This document shows, in pieces, positions 13,075 to 26,505 of a DNA stretch of 64,000 nucleotides; position 1 is the first letter of the stretch; each line of letters begins with the position of its first letter. The stretch spans positions 34,410,001-34,474,000 of the forward strand of contig NC_043000.1 of the NCBI RefSeq assembly GCF_006345805.1, in the 5' to 3' direction. The translations under genes and the position numbers were made by a program. Source of the DNA: Octopus sinensis (taxonomy: Eukaryota). The notes under the pieces are model-generated. The model searched no databases, was not told the DNA's origin, and was given only the letters and a program-made list of their open reading frames with translations.

Positions 13075-13228
13075 AAGCTCACGCTGCCACTCATAGTTTG
13101 ATGTTCTGTTTCAGTTGTGCAGCACCTCGAGAGACCGAGCTCAACTTATAGCTCCTCCGGGTCAAACAATTCCTTGTGACTGAATTTGGTCACCGGAAAC
13201 TGTGTCGAAACCAGCCAACCCGCCGTTG
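13075..13228 (+). mobile_element. Degenerate SINE 5' half (family of 45941-46280)
   Basis: TATAGCTCC...CCTTGTGACTGAATTTGGTCACCGGAAACTG resembles 46035-46095. Confidence 0.4.
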
Positions 13229-13238
13229 TATAAATATA

Positions 13239-13350
13239 TCAATATTTATAAAGATGAAATGCGAAAAAGTTGTTTGTCTCATTTTGGGCTGAGAACGGTT
13301 TAAGAGCCGGTAGATAGGGTCGGTTTGGCGCCAAAATTTACAGGGACATG
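13239..13350 (+). mobile_element. Helitron 5' end fragment (family of 13921-14646)
   Basis: A|TCAATATTTATAAAGATGAAATGCGAAAAAG...GAGAACGGTTTA matches the start of 13921. Confidence 0.6.
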
Positions 13351-13815
13351 TAAAAAAAAGGCGAAGAAGCGACTAGATTAGGTTATAAACCCCTTTCTCA
13401 AAAGCTGTGGTTATTAGGACAACAAACCCAGATTTTGACAAGTGCTTGTCGTTTCTCTCTTTCGGATATCACTCTGTCTTCCTCGATCTCTCTCCTTCCT
13501 TCCCTCCACTTTCCCTCTATAACGACATTTGATAGCTTCCACTTTCATTCCCTCTCCGCCTTCGCCGTGTCTCTGTCAATCTTTCTCCCACCACCTCTCT
13601 CACTGTACGTCTATCTGTATCTATAGAGAAAGCGTTGACAGCCGCAAAAGTTTAAATATTCCCGACACATGTCTTTTAGAATGGTGAATTATCGCCTTCC
13701 ACCATCGCACAATCATAGTAGATATTATTAATCAGATATATTGCGTTAATTTATATATATATGTGTGTATATAATATATATATATAATGTATATATATAT
13801 ATATATATATAATGC

Positions 13816-13908
<93 letters not shown>

Positions 13909-13920
13909 TGTATATAATCA

Positions 13921-14646
13921 TCAATATCTATAAAGCTGAAATGCGAAAAAGCTGTTTGATTTCTTGGTTGTCCAATTTTGGGATGAGAACGGTTTAGATG
14001 GGGTCGGATTGGTGCCAAAATTTACACTGAGGGGTAAAATGGGGTGGACAATGGTGTGAGGTGGGTTGCAATTCGCTCGGGGCTACCGTTTGGTTGCCAT
14101 GCTGAGGAATATGGGAAAAATTGAGTTTTATGTGATAGATAGGTTGCGCTATTTGAAAAACGGTGGCTTTTCGTATTGCTGCAGGGGCTAGAGGTGGTTA
14201 TCTTTAATTGTGAGTGTAAAAATTTGGGGTGGGGGGTGGAAAGGGGGGTAAAATTTTTCAACTTATAAAAAGAGTACATTTTTGCCCTATTTTTAGATAT
14301 AATTTTTTTCTGTTTGCATTATTTGGTTGACATAAGTAAAAATGGCATTGTGTTAAAGACCAAAATTTTAGCTTTCATTTGCATCATGAACCGTCAAAAT
14401 ATACCGGAAAAAAGTATCAAATTTCACAAAATTTTAAGTAATTTTGAATTATTTTTGTGATTTTACGTGCACACGTAAGAGAAAGCGAGGGAGAGTCCGA
14501 GAGAGAGGAAGAGTAAGAGAGCGGGAAAGTGAGAGAGAAAGGAGAGAGAAACAAAGGAAGAAAGTGGTGATAAGAATCAGAAAGGAAGCAACAGAAAGTA
14601 ACAACCACACCCTCACCCGCGCGTAGAGCGGGTCACCATAATCTAG
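13921..14646 (+). mobile_element. Non-autonomous Helitron, both ends present
   Basis: A|TC start; subterminal hairpin ACCCGC-GCGTAGA-GCGGGT, then CTAG|T at 14643-14647; no TSD. Confidence 0.75.
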
Positions 14647-14694
14647 TATGCTAGAAAGAGGATCTAATCGGCATGATTGATCGTTAGCGACTAC

Positions 14695-14877
14695 ACAAAT
14701 TTTTTTCTCTCCTTTCTTTTCTCTCCTTTTTTCTCTCCTTGTTTTTTCTGTGTACCTTTCTGTAGAAGAGCGTAGGATCGAAACGTAAAATACTTTTTCT
14801 ATTCCTGAGCGTTATACTAATACTGTTTGTTTTGTACACCACCTGCCTTCGTTTTTTGTTTTTGTCGTAAACTCTCC

Positions 14878-14880
<3 letters not shown>
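14695..14880 (+). mobile_element. Penelope-like terminal repeat fragment with hammerhead-like variant
   Basis: CTGTAGAAGAGCGTAGGATCGAAACGTA; its end ACACCACCTG...CTCCCT is also at 22460-22510 (minus). Confidence 0.55.
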
Positions 14881-14941
<61 letters not shown>

Positions 14942-14988
14942 TATGTGTGTGTGTGTGTGTGTGTATGTGTGTGCGTGCGTGTGTGTGA

Positions 14989-15040
<52 letters not shown>

Positions 15041-15277
15041 TATACATATATACATATGGCTAAAATTCCCCCTGTCTATTATTATACCATGTTATATATA
15101 TATATATATATTATATCATACCTAACATCTACTTTGACATGCCGCTGTTATTTTTAGGGTGTTAAACACTTTCGGTACGCAAATTGGAGACTCCTTTATG
15201 GAGTAACTGCTGCATTTGTTGAGTATATAAACAGTTGGGATGCTTGTTTGCCTGGAGACAGTCAAAAAGATGTAGAC

Positions 15278-15322
15278 GCCTCTGAGGAGAACCCAATAAG
15301 GTTCGACAAACGATTAAGGTTG
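15278..15322 (+). ncRNA. Degenerate hammerhead motif (probable Penelope-like remnant)
   Basis: GCCT-CTGAGGA-GAACC/GGTTC-GACAAACGATTA-AGGT; the GAAA box is disrupted. Confidence 0.45.
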
Positions 15323-15380
15323 TTCATCGTTTTTCTCAGTCAGCGGAGAAATGGCTAAAATTTTCGTTCATAATGATACC

Positions 15381-15426
<46 letters not shown>

Positions 15427-15504
15427 TGTGTGTGTGTGTGTATAGGAAATAGTGGCGCAACAAATTACCAATATTTGCTGGAAATAGCAGACAATAACCG
15501 TTCA

Positions 15505-15547
<43 letters not shown>

Positions 15548-15699
15548 GTGTAATAATGTATACATTATCAATTATACATTATAGTTGATGTATGTGTGTT
15601 GTTAAACGCTTGCAGCTGTGGTATTTCGTCTGGAAATGATCCCTTTAAAGACGTAGAGTGTTAAAGAACGCTGTATATTTCAAAGTAAAGCAAAATTAC

Positions 15700-15942
15700 T
15701 GGCCCCGGGGATGGCGGGATGAATGAGAACGACTGATATCGCCATTCCCAGCGGTCTTCCAACACGCCAGACACCAACCCGTAATTTCTGAGGGCGCCTG
15801 CAACTGCTAGATAGGTGTTGGAAATACACTAGGTTCATCCGTCCTTTTGACAGGCCTTGTTTTCTGCCCTGCTCACTTTCTAGCAACCCTCCTCACCAGG
15901 CAAGTCTGGTGAGGGTGCTGATCTAGTCGCTGACGACCCAAA
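15700..15942 (-). mobile_element. Probable RTE-clade 5' UTR and start of endonuclease ORF
   Basis: GC-rich island; PQKLRVGVWRV resembles the APE N-terminal LRIGTWNV motif. Confidence 0.4.
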
Positions 15943-16324
15943 TATTTATTAGGCTGTACTGGATTCAACGTTACAAGTAGTATTCATGAGAGACTTCACA
16001 AGTGACCTGACACATACACACATACATAGGTACACAAACATACATGCATTAACATACATACACACACTTACATACACATACAAAAGTTTGTTGAGGGTAG
16101 AGGAGAGTTAAAAATGTAATTTTAGCTGAGGGGTGATGTTCTGATCGTGAGATTAAAGAACGGCACAGAGAGAAAGAGAGAGAAAGGAGAGAGAGGGAGA
16201 GAGAGAGATGATGATGGTGGTGGTGGTAGTGGAGATAGAGATGGTAGTGGTGGTGACTGGATAGGAAAAGTGTATTTTTTATAATTAAACTAATTTTTTT
16301 TATATCACTTATCACTTAACGCAT

Positions 16325-16684
16325 AAGTGCACTTCCGTTACATAACCACGCTTATTTACGTAGCAGACATATGCAATTTAACTAAAGGTTGTATATTATG
16401 TACGGGATTTTTTGTTTGTTTATGGAAAAAAATGGGGAAAATAAGAGTGAATATTTATTTTATGAGTGCTGGGTATTAAGTCTATAAAACTGTGCATAAA
16501 ATATATAAAGTGCATTAAGTAATCATCGTATTCCAATTTCTTTCCCCTTTCAATGAGTAGCAGATGAGCGACTATTTTTCCATACAGACACAACACAGGC
16601 TACGCATTCAGGTTTTTTTTTTTTCATAAAGTTTTCAGAAATAACCCAATAAGTTTACTATTAATTCCGTGAAATATTCACGTA
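16325..16684 (+). mobile_element. Helitron 3' region lacking terminal CTAG (family of 57542-57920)
   Basis: Reverse-complement homology to 57550-57900, including the hairpin CGTGAAATATTCACG. Confidence 0.6.
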
Positions 16685-17150
16685 TTATTATTGGAGCAAC
16701 ATGGTTCATACCAACCCGTATGGAGCAAAGTATGGCTGAACTAGGGGTCTTGTGGGGAGAACGCAAATGCTTAATTCATATACTACAAATGATTACGATA
16801 TCGAGGACTATAAAAATCTGCAAGACTTTCTTAAGATTTAAAGGATGATGAACAAAACAAGACGCTTTCTTTCGAACCTTACTACCAAACAGGGGCCGGT
16901 TAAATCTAGTCCAAATTACAAAGAGAGGGAGAGAGAACATATATCCATACATGCAGACATTACACGTAAAAAGATTTTATATGATGGCGCATAGAAACAT
17001 ACAAACATACAATCGGACAGAACACGCTTGGTTGAGTGAGAGTGTGGGTTGTTGAGTGAGAAAGCTAATTTATTAGATAGTAAATAAGTAGAAAGAATTT
17101 GGCGGTTCGCATCCTAGCACCAGCACACCAACGCTTCTCTTGCCAGGACA

Positions 17151-17311
17151 TAAAACTTTTAGACTACCCTTATCTGTATAAAACTATTCGACTACATGTA
17201 TCTGTATAAAACCATTAAACTACCCTTATCTGTGTAAAACTATTCGACTATCCTTATCTGTATAAAACTCTTAAACCACCCTTATCTGTATAAAACTATG
17301 CGACTACCCTT
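17151..17311. repeat. 28-bp minisatellite, ~6 units, alternating A/B variants
   Basis: Unit TATCTGTATAAAACTATTCGACTACCCT alternates with a ...CTTAAAC... variant. Confidence 0.85.
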
Positions 17312-17451
17312 CTTGTTTTCAGGAACAGGGTGAACGAGTCGAGAGCAGACAATCCTCTCTTTTATTCTTGTCTCAGCTTGCAATGGGGGGGGGCTAGGTG
17401 TTCAACTCTACTTGACCGGTGTAGTCAGTTGAGGTAACCTAGAGTGTACAT

Positions 17452-17497
<46 letters not shown>

Positions 17498-18845
17498 AAA
17501 TCCACAAAGGGATGGAGGTTACCAACAAGTTGATTCCATAAACACGGTTCGATGTCTATAAACAGGTTCATAAAGAGACGGGGTCTACCGAAATAGACAG
17601 CCGCCATGAAAGGTGTTTCACCAAGAGAGATGCCGGCTAGCAAAAGAGACAGACCATCTAAATTAACAGAAGCTGGATGCATCTGCAGAAAGGTTGTGCT
17701 CACTCGGCCAGTCATGCGACAATTGACGTACAACTTACTTGTTTTATAAATAACAAATTGCGTCAGGAGGCATAAACTGAAATGGCTGAAAGCAGATTTC
17801 AGCACATGTACTTAAACTCATCATCTTTCGTATACAGTGAGAAGGGATAATGCATCAACATTATCGAGTTTAACTGACTTTGACATAAAGTTACCAATCC
17901 TTGAGTGGAGCAGACAATACAATAAAACGTGCAACTTATATACAGCTGACAAAAATTTAAAGACTTCGGCAACCATCTAAACACAAAATCGAGATTGATT
18001 TATGAAATGCTGCAACATGTTGGGAGAAATAGATTTTTTAAAGACATAAGTGATTCTTGGTGTGTGTGGTACTCTAGTAAATTGCATGAGACCTGGTTTG
18101 GTCTCAAAGTAAATAGGATCTGAAATAAGACTGCCCGCGGGAAGGTCAGCCTCATTCTGAATTAAACGGGGAGTAAGTAGTCGTTGAAGGGTTGAGCAGA
18201 TGTAGGGACCACATAAATCACCTCCATTATATATTATCACTTAATATTTTGTACCAAACTTTGAACGGCCAATTTGAATCAACTGTCCTTTCGTTTTCAG
18301 TAAAGGAGAGGTATTTCGCTGGCCAGAGTGTATGCCGCGGCTGCTGTAAATGTCCAACCACGTGTTGTCTCTGTCGATAGTCTTCGATGGTTGCCGTTGT
18401 TTGATATCTGAGAACTTTGATTATTTAAGATGCACCTGGACCAAACAAAAATATTGGCTCCCTGACATCTGGAAGTTTGTCAGGTGTTTTCGGGTCGTGG
18501 TGAGAAAAAACGACGAATTCTTGGAGAGATTCTAATTGTCGATGAACAATTTATTTCCGGAAGATTTCCAATCTGGGGTCTATAGACAATTTTCAGAAAT
18601 CCCTGACTGGATATCCGGTGAAACTTAAACAAGAACGGAAGCAGCGTCATCTATGCCAAACTGAAATGCGTGTCAATTAGTATAGCCAGCCTTTCAATAT
18701 GGCTGACATGTGTTGTCAGGTGAAACGGCTGTGACTGTATTTAAAACGGAGCCAAGACCTTCGTGAGGGTCACCTCTCTGCTTTCTTTAGTTGTTTTTGC
18801 TGTTCTTGTTATTGTTGATGTTGCTGTTATTGTAATTGTAGTTTA

Positions 18846-19062
18846 AGGTTGCAAGCAGGCAGAATCGATAGCACGCCGGACAAAATGCTTAGCGGCATTT
18901 CGTCCGTTTTTATATTCTGAGTTCAAATTCCACCGATGTCGAATTTGCCTTTCATCCTTTCGGGGTCGATAAAAGAAGTACCAGTTCAATACTGGGGGCC
19001 ATGTAATCGACTACCTCCCCACCTCCACCAAATTTCAGGCTTTACTTCTATAACAGAGAGTA
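18846..19062 (+). mobile_element. Full-length tRNA-SINE with Meta/MESC-like core, second tail type
   Basis: Head GGCAGAATCGATAGCACGCCGG, B box GAGTTCAAATTCC, core TTTGCCTTTCATCCTTTCGGGGTCGATAAAA, tail AAATTTCAGGCTTTACTTCTATAACAGAGAG. Confidence 0.75.
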
Positions 19063-19455
19063 TTGTTATTGTAGTTATTATTGCTTTTCATATCGTTATT
19101 GCGAATTCGCTATTATTATTGTTGTTGTTGTGGTTGTGGTTGTTGTTGTTGTTAATATTGTTGTCCTTGATAAATATTATTATTGTTGTTAATATTGTTC
19201 TCATTACTATTATCAATGATGTTGCTGTTATCATTGTGGTTGGTGATGCTATTTGTGTTGTTTTTAAAATTGATGATAAAACAACAACAACAACAACAAC
19301 AACAATAATTCTTAATCGTTGTTATTGTTGCTCTATTCAGTTGCTTTAGTTTTGTTTATCCTTATTATAACTACAACTACTAATACTGCTGCTGTTGCTA
19401 CTACTACTACAATTATTATTATTGTTATTGTTATTATTATTATTATTATTATTAT

Positions 19456-19496
<41 letters not shown>

Positions 19497-19511
19497 TCAT
19501 CATCACCATCA

Positions 19512-19545
<34 letters not shown>

Positions 19546-19553
19546 CATTATTA

Positions 19554-19590
<37 letters not shown>

Positions 19591-19612
19591 CATTATTATT
19601 ATCATTATTATC

Positions 19613-19705
<93 letters not shown>

Positions 19706-19952
19706 TTAAATTTTGTTTTTATTCCTTGGTTGTTTATAGTGAACGATTTTTGTTGGTGGGAGGACAGGAAATATTCTGTTTATCGGTTGTTGCTGTTGTT
19801 GTTGTTGCTGTTTATGTTATGTTGTAGATGATAATGTTATTTCTGGTAAAGCTTCACGAGAATATAATCATTATCACCATCACCCTTAACACTACCACTG
19901 CCACCACATCATCATCATCATCATCACCATCACAATCATCACAATCATCATC

Positions 19953-19983
<31 letters not shown>

Positions 19984-20026
19984 CAATCATCATCATCATC
20001 ATCATCATCGCCATCATCATCATCAC

Positions 20027-20039
<13 letters not shown>

Positions 20040-20069
<30 letters not shown>

Positions 20070-20119
20070 GCCATCATAATCATCATCATCATCATCATCG
20101 CCATCATCATCATCTTCAC

Positions 20120-20159
<40 letters not shown>

Positions 20160-20166
20160 GTCATCG

Positions 20167-20197
<31 letters not shown>

Positions 20198-20428
20198 TAT
20201 CATCATCATCATCATCACTTTCCTTTGCTCATCCGTTTTGACGTACCCTCTCTCCTTCCAAATTCTGACCCATTCTTGTAGTGTTGCCGTCATCTGACGT
20301 CCCTCTGGTAAATAACGGTAATGGTAATGATAACAATAACAACGACAACAACAACAATAACAATAATAATATATTATTATTTTCTTATTATTATCATTAT
20401 TAAATTTATATTGTTGTAGTTGTTGTTG

Positions 20429-20487
<59 letters not shown>

Positions 20488-20853
20488 TATTATTATATTA
20501 TTATTATTATTGTTGTTGTTGTTGTTGTTATTGTTTGCGGGTGCTTCTGCTCTGTTTGTTGACATTGAAACAGTTGATGTTTACGTTGTTTTGTTTTTGC
20601 CGCTCGTTTTGTTGTTGTTGTTGTTGTTTTCGCTGTTCTGCTGCTGTTGTTGTTGTTGCTGTTGTTCTGTTGCTTGTGTTGTTTTTCATTAAATGTTTTT
20701 TTTGTTTTATTCTTTCCTTTACTGCAGTTTACTTTTATTTTGCTGTTGATGATGATATATCATCGTCATCATCATCATCATCATTATCATCATCATCATC
20801 ATCGCCATCATAATCATCATCATCATCATCATCGCCATCATCATCATCTTCAC

Positions 20854-20902
<49 letters not shown>

Positions 20903-20909
20903 GTCATCG

Positions 20910-20940
<31 letters not shown>

Positions 20941-21177
20941 TATCATCATCATCATCATCACTTTCCTTTGCTCATCCGTTTTGACGTACCCTCTCTCCTT
21001 CCAAATTCTGACCCATTCTTGTAGTGTTGCCGTCATCTGACGTCCCTCTGGTAAATAACGGTAATGGTAATGATAACAATAACAACGACAACAACAACAA
21101 TAACAATAATAATATATTATTATTTTCTTATTATTATCATTATTAAATTTATATTGTTGTAGTTGTTGTTGTTGTTA

Positions 21178-21232
<55 letters not shown>

Positions 21233-21530
21233 TATTATTATTATTATTATTATTTATTGTTGTTGTTGTTGTTATTGTTTGCGGGTGCTTCTGCTCTGTT
21301 TGTTGACATTGAAACAGTTGATGTTTACGTTGTTTTGTTTTTGCCGCTCGTTTTGTTGTTGTTGTTGTTGTTTTCGCTGTTCTGCTGCTGTTGTTGTTGT
21401 TGCTGTTGTTCTGTTGCTTGTGTTGTTTTTCATTAAATGTTTTTTTTGTTTTATTCTTTCCTTTACTGCAGTTTACTTTTATTTTGCTGTTGATGATGAT
21501 ATATCATCGTCATCATCATCATCATCATCC
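20040..21530. repeat. Tandem duplication of a ~743-bp unit bounded by (CAT)n
   Basis: Unique parts look identical at an offset of 743-744 (ORF starts 20293/21036 and 20535/21279). Confidence 0.9.
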
Positions 21531-21714
21531 TCATCATCATCATCATCATCATCATCACCACAACCACTTCCATAGCGACGCTAGTGATGGTGGTGACGGT
21601 GGTGGTGTTATTTACACTGTGCAATCATGTTGATTTCGTTGCTGTCTATTTGACTGTAATTATTCCAATGTCTGCAGTTGTTGTTGCTGCTATTGCTGTT
21701 ACTGTTACTGTTAC

Positions 21715-21745
<31 letters not shown>

Positions 21746-22377
21746 GATGATGCTGTTGCAGCTGCTGCTGTTGTTGTTGTTACTTCCACAGAATGAGGAT
21801 GGATAGAAGCAAGTGGCAAGCCCTACGTTGAGTTTTCCTTTCAGCCCAATAAAATTGATCCCAGTCATTCACGGTGGATCAATTTATTCGACTGTACAAA
21901 TGTGCCAGATTCTATCGCCCCACCCCTCAAAAAAAAACAGAGGTTCTGTTGCCATACCAACGCTGTCGCACACAAGTCTTTTACGTTGCTCCTATTCAAC
22001 CCCATGGGTGTCGCTTTACCCGCTAGAAACAGCAGCTAACTTCCGATCACTCTGTGCGATACTTTCAGACTTTGCCTTCTGGAAACGCAAATGAAGGTAA
22101 CAACATCAAACCTCATCATTCATCAAATGTCACAAAACAGAGGAGGTTTCAAGTAATAAAAGTGTAGCACAACTAACGGCTCCAGCATGACCGTAACTAG
22201 ATTAAGAGTAAAGAGTATACATATATAAATACACACACACATACATACATACATATGAACACATTTTACATTTTACATATATTTACATATATATATATAT
22301 ATATATAAATACACACGGACACACGCACATATATATACACACATATATACATCCGCACACAAAAACGCAGACACACA

Positions 22378-22433
<56 letters not shown>

Positions 22434-22459
22434 TGTGTGTGTGTGTGTGTGTGTGTATA

Positions 22460-22650
22460 TAGGGAGAATTCACAGAAAAAACAAAAGACGAAGACAGGTG
22501 GTGTAGACAACTATTGCTTAAACATCTTCTCACACCGTCTCCGATGAAGGGATGTATGAAATATCCTGCAAACAGCTGTAAGACCTGCTCTTTATAAATG
22601 TTCTGGAATTTTTCACTGCCTCCTATCTTTATCTCATTCTGTTAATTTTT
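22460..22650. mobile_element. Penelope-like terminal repeat pieces with degenerate hammerhead (22537-22585, +)
   Basis: GTCT-CCGATGA-AGGGAT/ATCCT-GCAAA-CAGCTGTA-AGAC; adjacent minus-strand end of the 14695 family. Confidence 0.5.
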
Positions 22651-22806
22651 TATATATACGCATACTGATGTATGACCTACGTTAGACTCCTCATTAGCAT
22701 AATCACCGAACCTGGAGCTTAACTATAGTCTATCCATAGCACTTACTCAACATTACCTGACATCTTTGGGTCTTCTTGACGCCATTACCTCTCTCTCTCA
22801 TAACCT

Positions 22807-22859
<53 letters not shown>

Positions 22860-22872
22860 TATATATATATAT

Positions 22873-22909
<37 letters not shown>

Positions 22910-23620
22910 CGTATGTATATGTATGTATGTATGTATATATATATATATATGTATATATGTGTGAAAAGTGCACAGATCACCAAAGGACTCAATACATTAT
23001 CAATATAGCGTGTATATTTATTTTGTTTCTGATATTATTCTTTCCTATCACGATTAGTTCAGTATGACCTTCTGAAGAGAAATATTACTCTGAACTGAAA
23101 TAATTCGATTGTCGTAATGTCAAAATCCTCCATAAAGGCATAAAAATTGCAGCAGAGCTGATGAGGAGTAAATATTCCTATAAAATGTCTTACGAGTAGT
23201 CGTCTATATACTTGCGTATTCTCACTCCTCCTCCTCAGCCATAATTTCAACCATCGTAGCCGACATAAGTAGAGGAAACGCCAGTTTATCATCTGATCGC
23301 ACATGCAGAGCAAGATATGGTTTTAATGAGAAATTATTGTCTATGGAGCATCATCCGTCCTGAAAGAGTGTCAGGAAGAGAAAATTAACCTGTTTCAATA
23401 CTAACATAACGAAGAACTTCTAGCCAATAATTAACCAGCACTTCCAAGACTTATGTAAATGCTATAAATGCTATGTTGTATGGTAGCTGGGTCCACTAGA
23501 AGAGCTTTCTGTGATTGCCACAGGATTCCATGAATCTGTATATTGCACTACAAATTTATATAGTTATATGTGTGTATGTACATAACGGATGCGTAAATAT
23601 TTGTACATGTGTGTGTGTGC

Positions 23621-23687
<67 letters not shown>

Positions 23688-24314
23688 CATATATATGTGT
23701 GTGTGTGTATGTATGTACGTATGTATGTATGTACGTATGTAGGCTTGTATGAAAAGGTGTTGCCTGCATGTATGTAAATGTGTATTCTCTACATCAAACC
23801 ATTTAAAAGAAATTTCGAATTCGTGGCTGTGGTTAACCTGGAAGACAGAAGGAGGAAATATTGAGCACACGCCATTGGCACACAATTTTCAATGCCAGAT
23901 TTTATAATACTGCATGGCTTTCTGGCAAACTCTTAAAGTGTATATATGTAGGACACTCGAACATACACAAACACACGAACACACATGAATACACGAACAC
24001 ACAAATACAGAAACACATATATTTGAGCGATAGAAAGAAAGAGAGATAAAGAGAAAGAGAGGAGGAGAGAAGAAATTAGGTACAAATGATGAAGACATAT
24101 AACAGATGGAGCAAACAAAATCGCCCCTTCGTCAGCTGCCTGTCAACGAAACGTTGCTGTTTCGACAACTTATTCAGTGATTCTGTCTCCACTTGTTTCT
24201 TCTTAGCCAAATCCAGTTATTTATTGCTTCTCTTTGACTTATTGTTGTCTTGTCTCTATCAGTCGATTACATTATCGTATCGTTTTCTTAGTATTGTTGT
24301 TGTTGTTATTATTT

Positions 24315-24610
24315 TTATCTCGGGTTTTGTTGTAACTCCTGCGCTCTTGCATGTGTAGCGGGCTTGCTGCTTACAACCAACGGTACCATGCTATCTGTTC
24401 CTTTCAACTGTCTAATAATTTCCTGATTATTCTGACCGTATCAAGGAGGCAAACCTTTTGTAACATTTCTACTAGGCACTCTCTTCCAATTTCCTTTATA
24501 TTCCTCTTGCTGACTTCTTATACTGTCCCCCAAAGACCCAACAATAATTGAAACTCTCTTCACCTTCTTCATTTTCCATAGCCGGACTATTTCGTACTTA
24601 AGAGTATTGT
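24315..24610 (-). mobile_element. R4/Dong 3' end fragment
   Basis: KYEIVRLWKMKKVKRVSIIVGSLGTV...LQKVCLLDTVRIIRK, then UTR and AAT/AAC tract. Confidence 0.75.
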
Positions 24611-24659
24611 ATAACTTTATTTAAACTATACACACAAAAAAATTAACGGAGACCCAGAT

Positions 24660-26505
24660 TGTGTTAACGAAAGATTTGTTCAGTTAAACACATGAGAACG
24701 ACATCCGCTAGTTAACTCCTGCTAGAATAGAAAGCCCCCTTAACCGGAAGTCAACTTCGTCGCAGACCAGCTCCCTAGCTAACCAGCAGCGAAGTTCTTG
24801 TCTGCAGTTCGTCTGTCATAAATCCTTGTGCAGTGCCCTACATATCGCTCCCCAACCCCCAGCGCTGTTGACTGTCATTGGAACCGAGAAGGCGTTTTCA
24901 CTGCCCTGCTCGTGCGAATGTTTACTCGGCTCTTTAATGACTGTTCCTTGCCAAGAGTTGATGGGATTTGCCTGGGGCGGCCACAGTTTGGTGGCTGAGC
25001 TACTTGAACGAGATAATCGATAGAAACGGTGCCATGACGTCTGCTAATTAGGAGTTGGAACGATTTGTCTCCCGGACATATGACTTCATATCGGCTATCG
25101 TAGGGTGACTGGAGGAGCTTTCGTCTTGTGTCACATCGAACGAACACGAAGTTAGCCGTGCGGAGGTCGTTTGGTATGGATGATCTGGGTGCACCATGTG
25201 TTGACATGGGAATAGGGTGCAACTGGCCCACACTGCCTAGCAGTTGCGCGAGGTACCTCTTGACATCCGGGTCTGAGTTCGTGTTCGGAAGGAACTCTCC
25301 TGACACTCTAAGAGCGGCACCATACACCGTTTCCGCGGAAGAAGGGTTGAGATTTTCCTTTGGGGCGGTGCAGATTCCCAGCATCAGTCATGGAAGTTGA
25401 TCAATCCAATTGGGCCCGTTTAAGTCTAGTTGTAAAGGATTCCTTAAGGCAGCGGTGAAATCTCTCCACTAAATCCTTGGCCCTTCATTGTGATTCCAAA
25501 ATGGTCGCACATGTCATTCCACAGCTTTGAGGTGAATTGTAGACCCCGATCGGATGAGATGCTGTCTAGGGCAACCCTGATTGTAATGAAGTTCGGCTGA
25601 CATGTGTTTCCGTGCTACGGAGAGGGACAGCCACACGCCAAGTAGCAGTTTACCAAGTTCAGTAGGTACGAGCAACCCTGTGAAAATAGTAGGGGGCTGA
25701 GAAGGTCAACGTTGATGTGGCTGAAACGGGCCTGTGGTGGTTCATAGTTGCCGAGGGGTACTTTGGTGTACTGATGGACCTTGGCTTTTCGACAAATTGG
25801 TCCACTCCCCAATTTGCTTGGATAAATTTACTTGACAGCAAGCGCCGTGCGGCTCTAGTACTCGGATGAAGCAGTCCGTGAATGATGTTGAAAACTAATA
25901 GGATGATCGGTCATTCCCAGTGGATACGTCACACAGCAGTGGATATGTCACAAGGAAAGTGACGTGATGGCAGTGCGGTAGGCCCTGATCTCTACATCTG
26001 TCTGTTGGACTGCAGCCATAGCCTCGTAATCCAGGCCTTCCGTTATTGGTGTTAGATAGGTGTGAGAGCAGGTATGGGCACGAAAGACTAGGTTGCCCTT
26101 TCCAGGTATGTGTTGGATAACCGTGGTGTACTCAGAAATGGATGATAGCTGTCGTTGCTGGCGTGCTGACCAAGGTTCTGAGAGCTTGCTCATAGCAAAG
26201 GTGAGTGGTTTGTGGACTGTGAACACTGTAAACGTGCGGCCTTCAAGGAAATAGCGAAAGTGACGGACACCCAGATGGACAGCCAGCAGTTCCCTGTCAA
26301 AAGCATTACATTTCTGTTCAAGAGGTCGTAATTGTCGGCTAAAGAAGGCATGTGGTTGCCACTGACCATTGATAAGTTCTTCCAAAACACCCCTAATGGC
26401 TGTGTCGGAGGGATCGACTGTGACAGCAGCCGAAGCTAACATATGGGACAGCATGGTTGCTTTGGCCAGGGCTTGTTTTGTGGATTTGAAAACAAGTCTT
26501 CTCAG
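24660..26505 (-). mobile_element. Ty3/Gypsy LTR retrotransposon remnant: RNase H, integrase, PPT and probable 3' LTR (~24660-24842)
   Basis: WQPHAFFSRQL...FDRELLAVHLGVRHFRYFLEGRTFTVFTVHKPL; FSHINVDLLSPL; integrase C-terminus. Purine tract TGGGGGTTGGGGAGCGATA precedes TGTAGGGC at 24842. Confidence 0.88.

Noticed and set aside
17151-17311. CRISPR-like 28-bp repeats
   Set aside because: Units are contiguous without unique spacers, there are no cas genes, and the context is eukaryotic.
17425-18720. Non-microsatellite stretch with several minus-strand ORFs
   Set aside because: No motif I could recognise; probably a decayed transposon. It needs a translated search.
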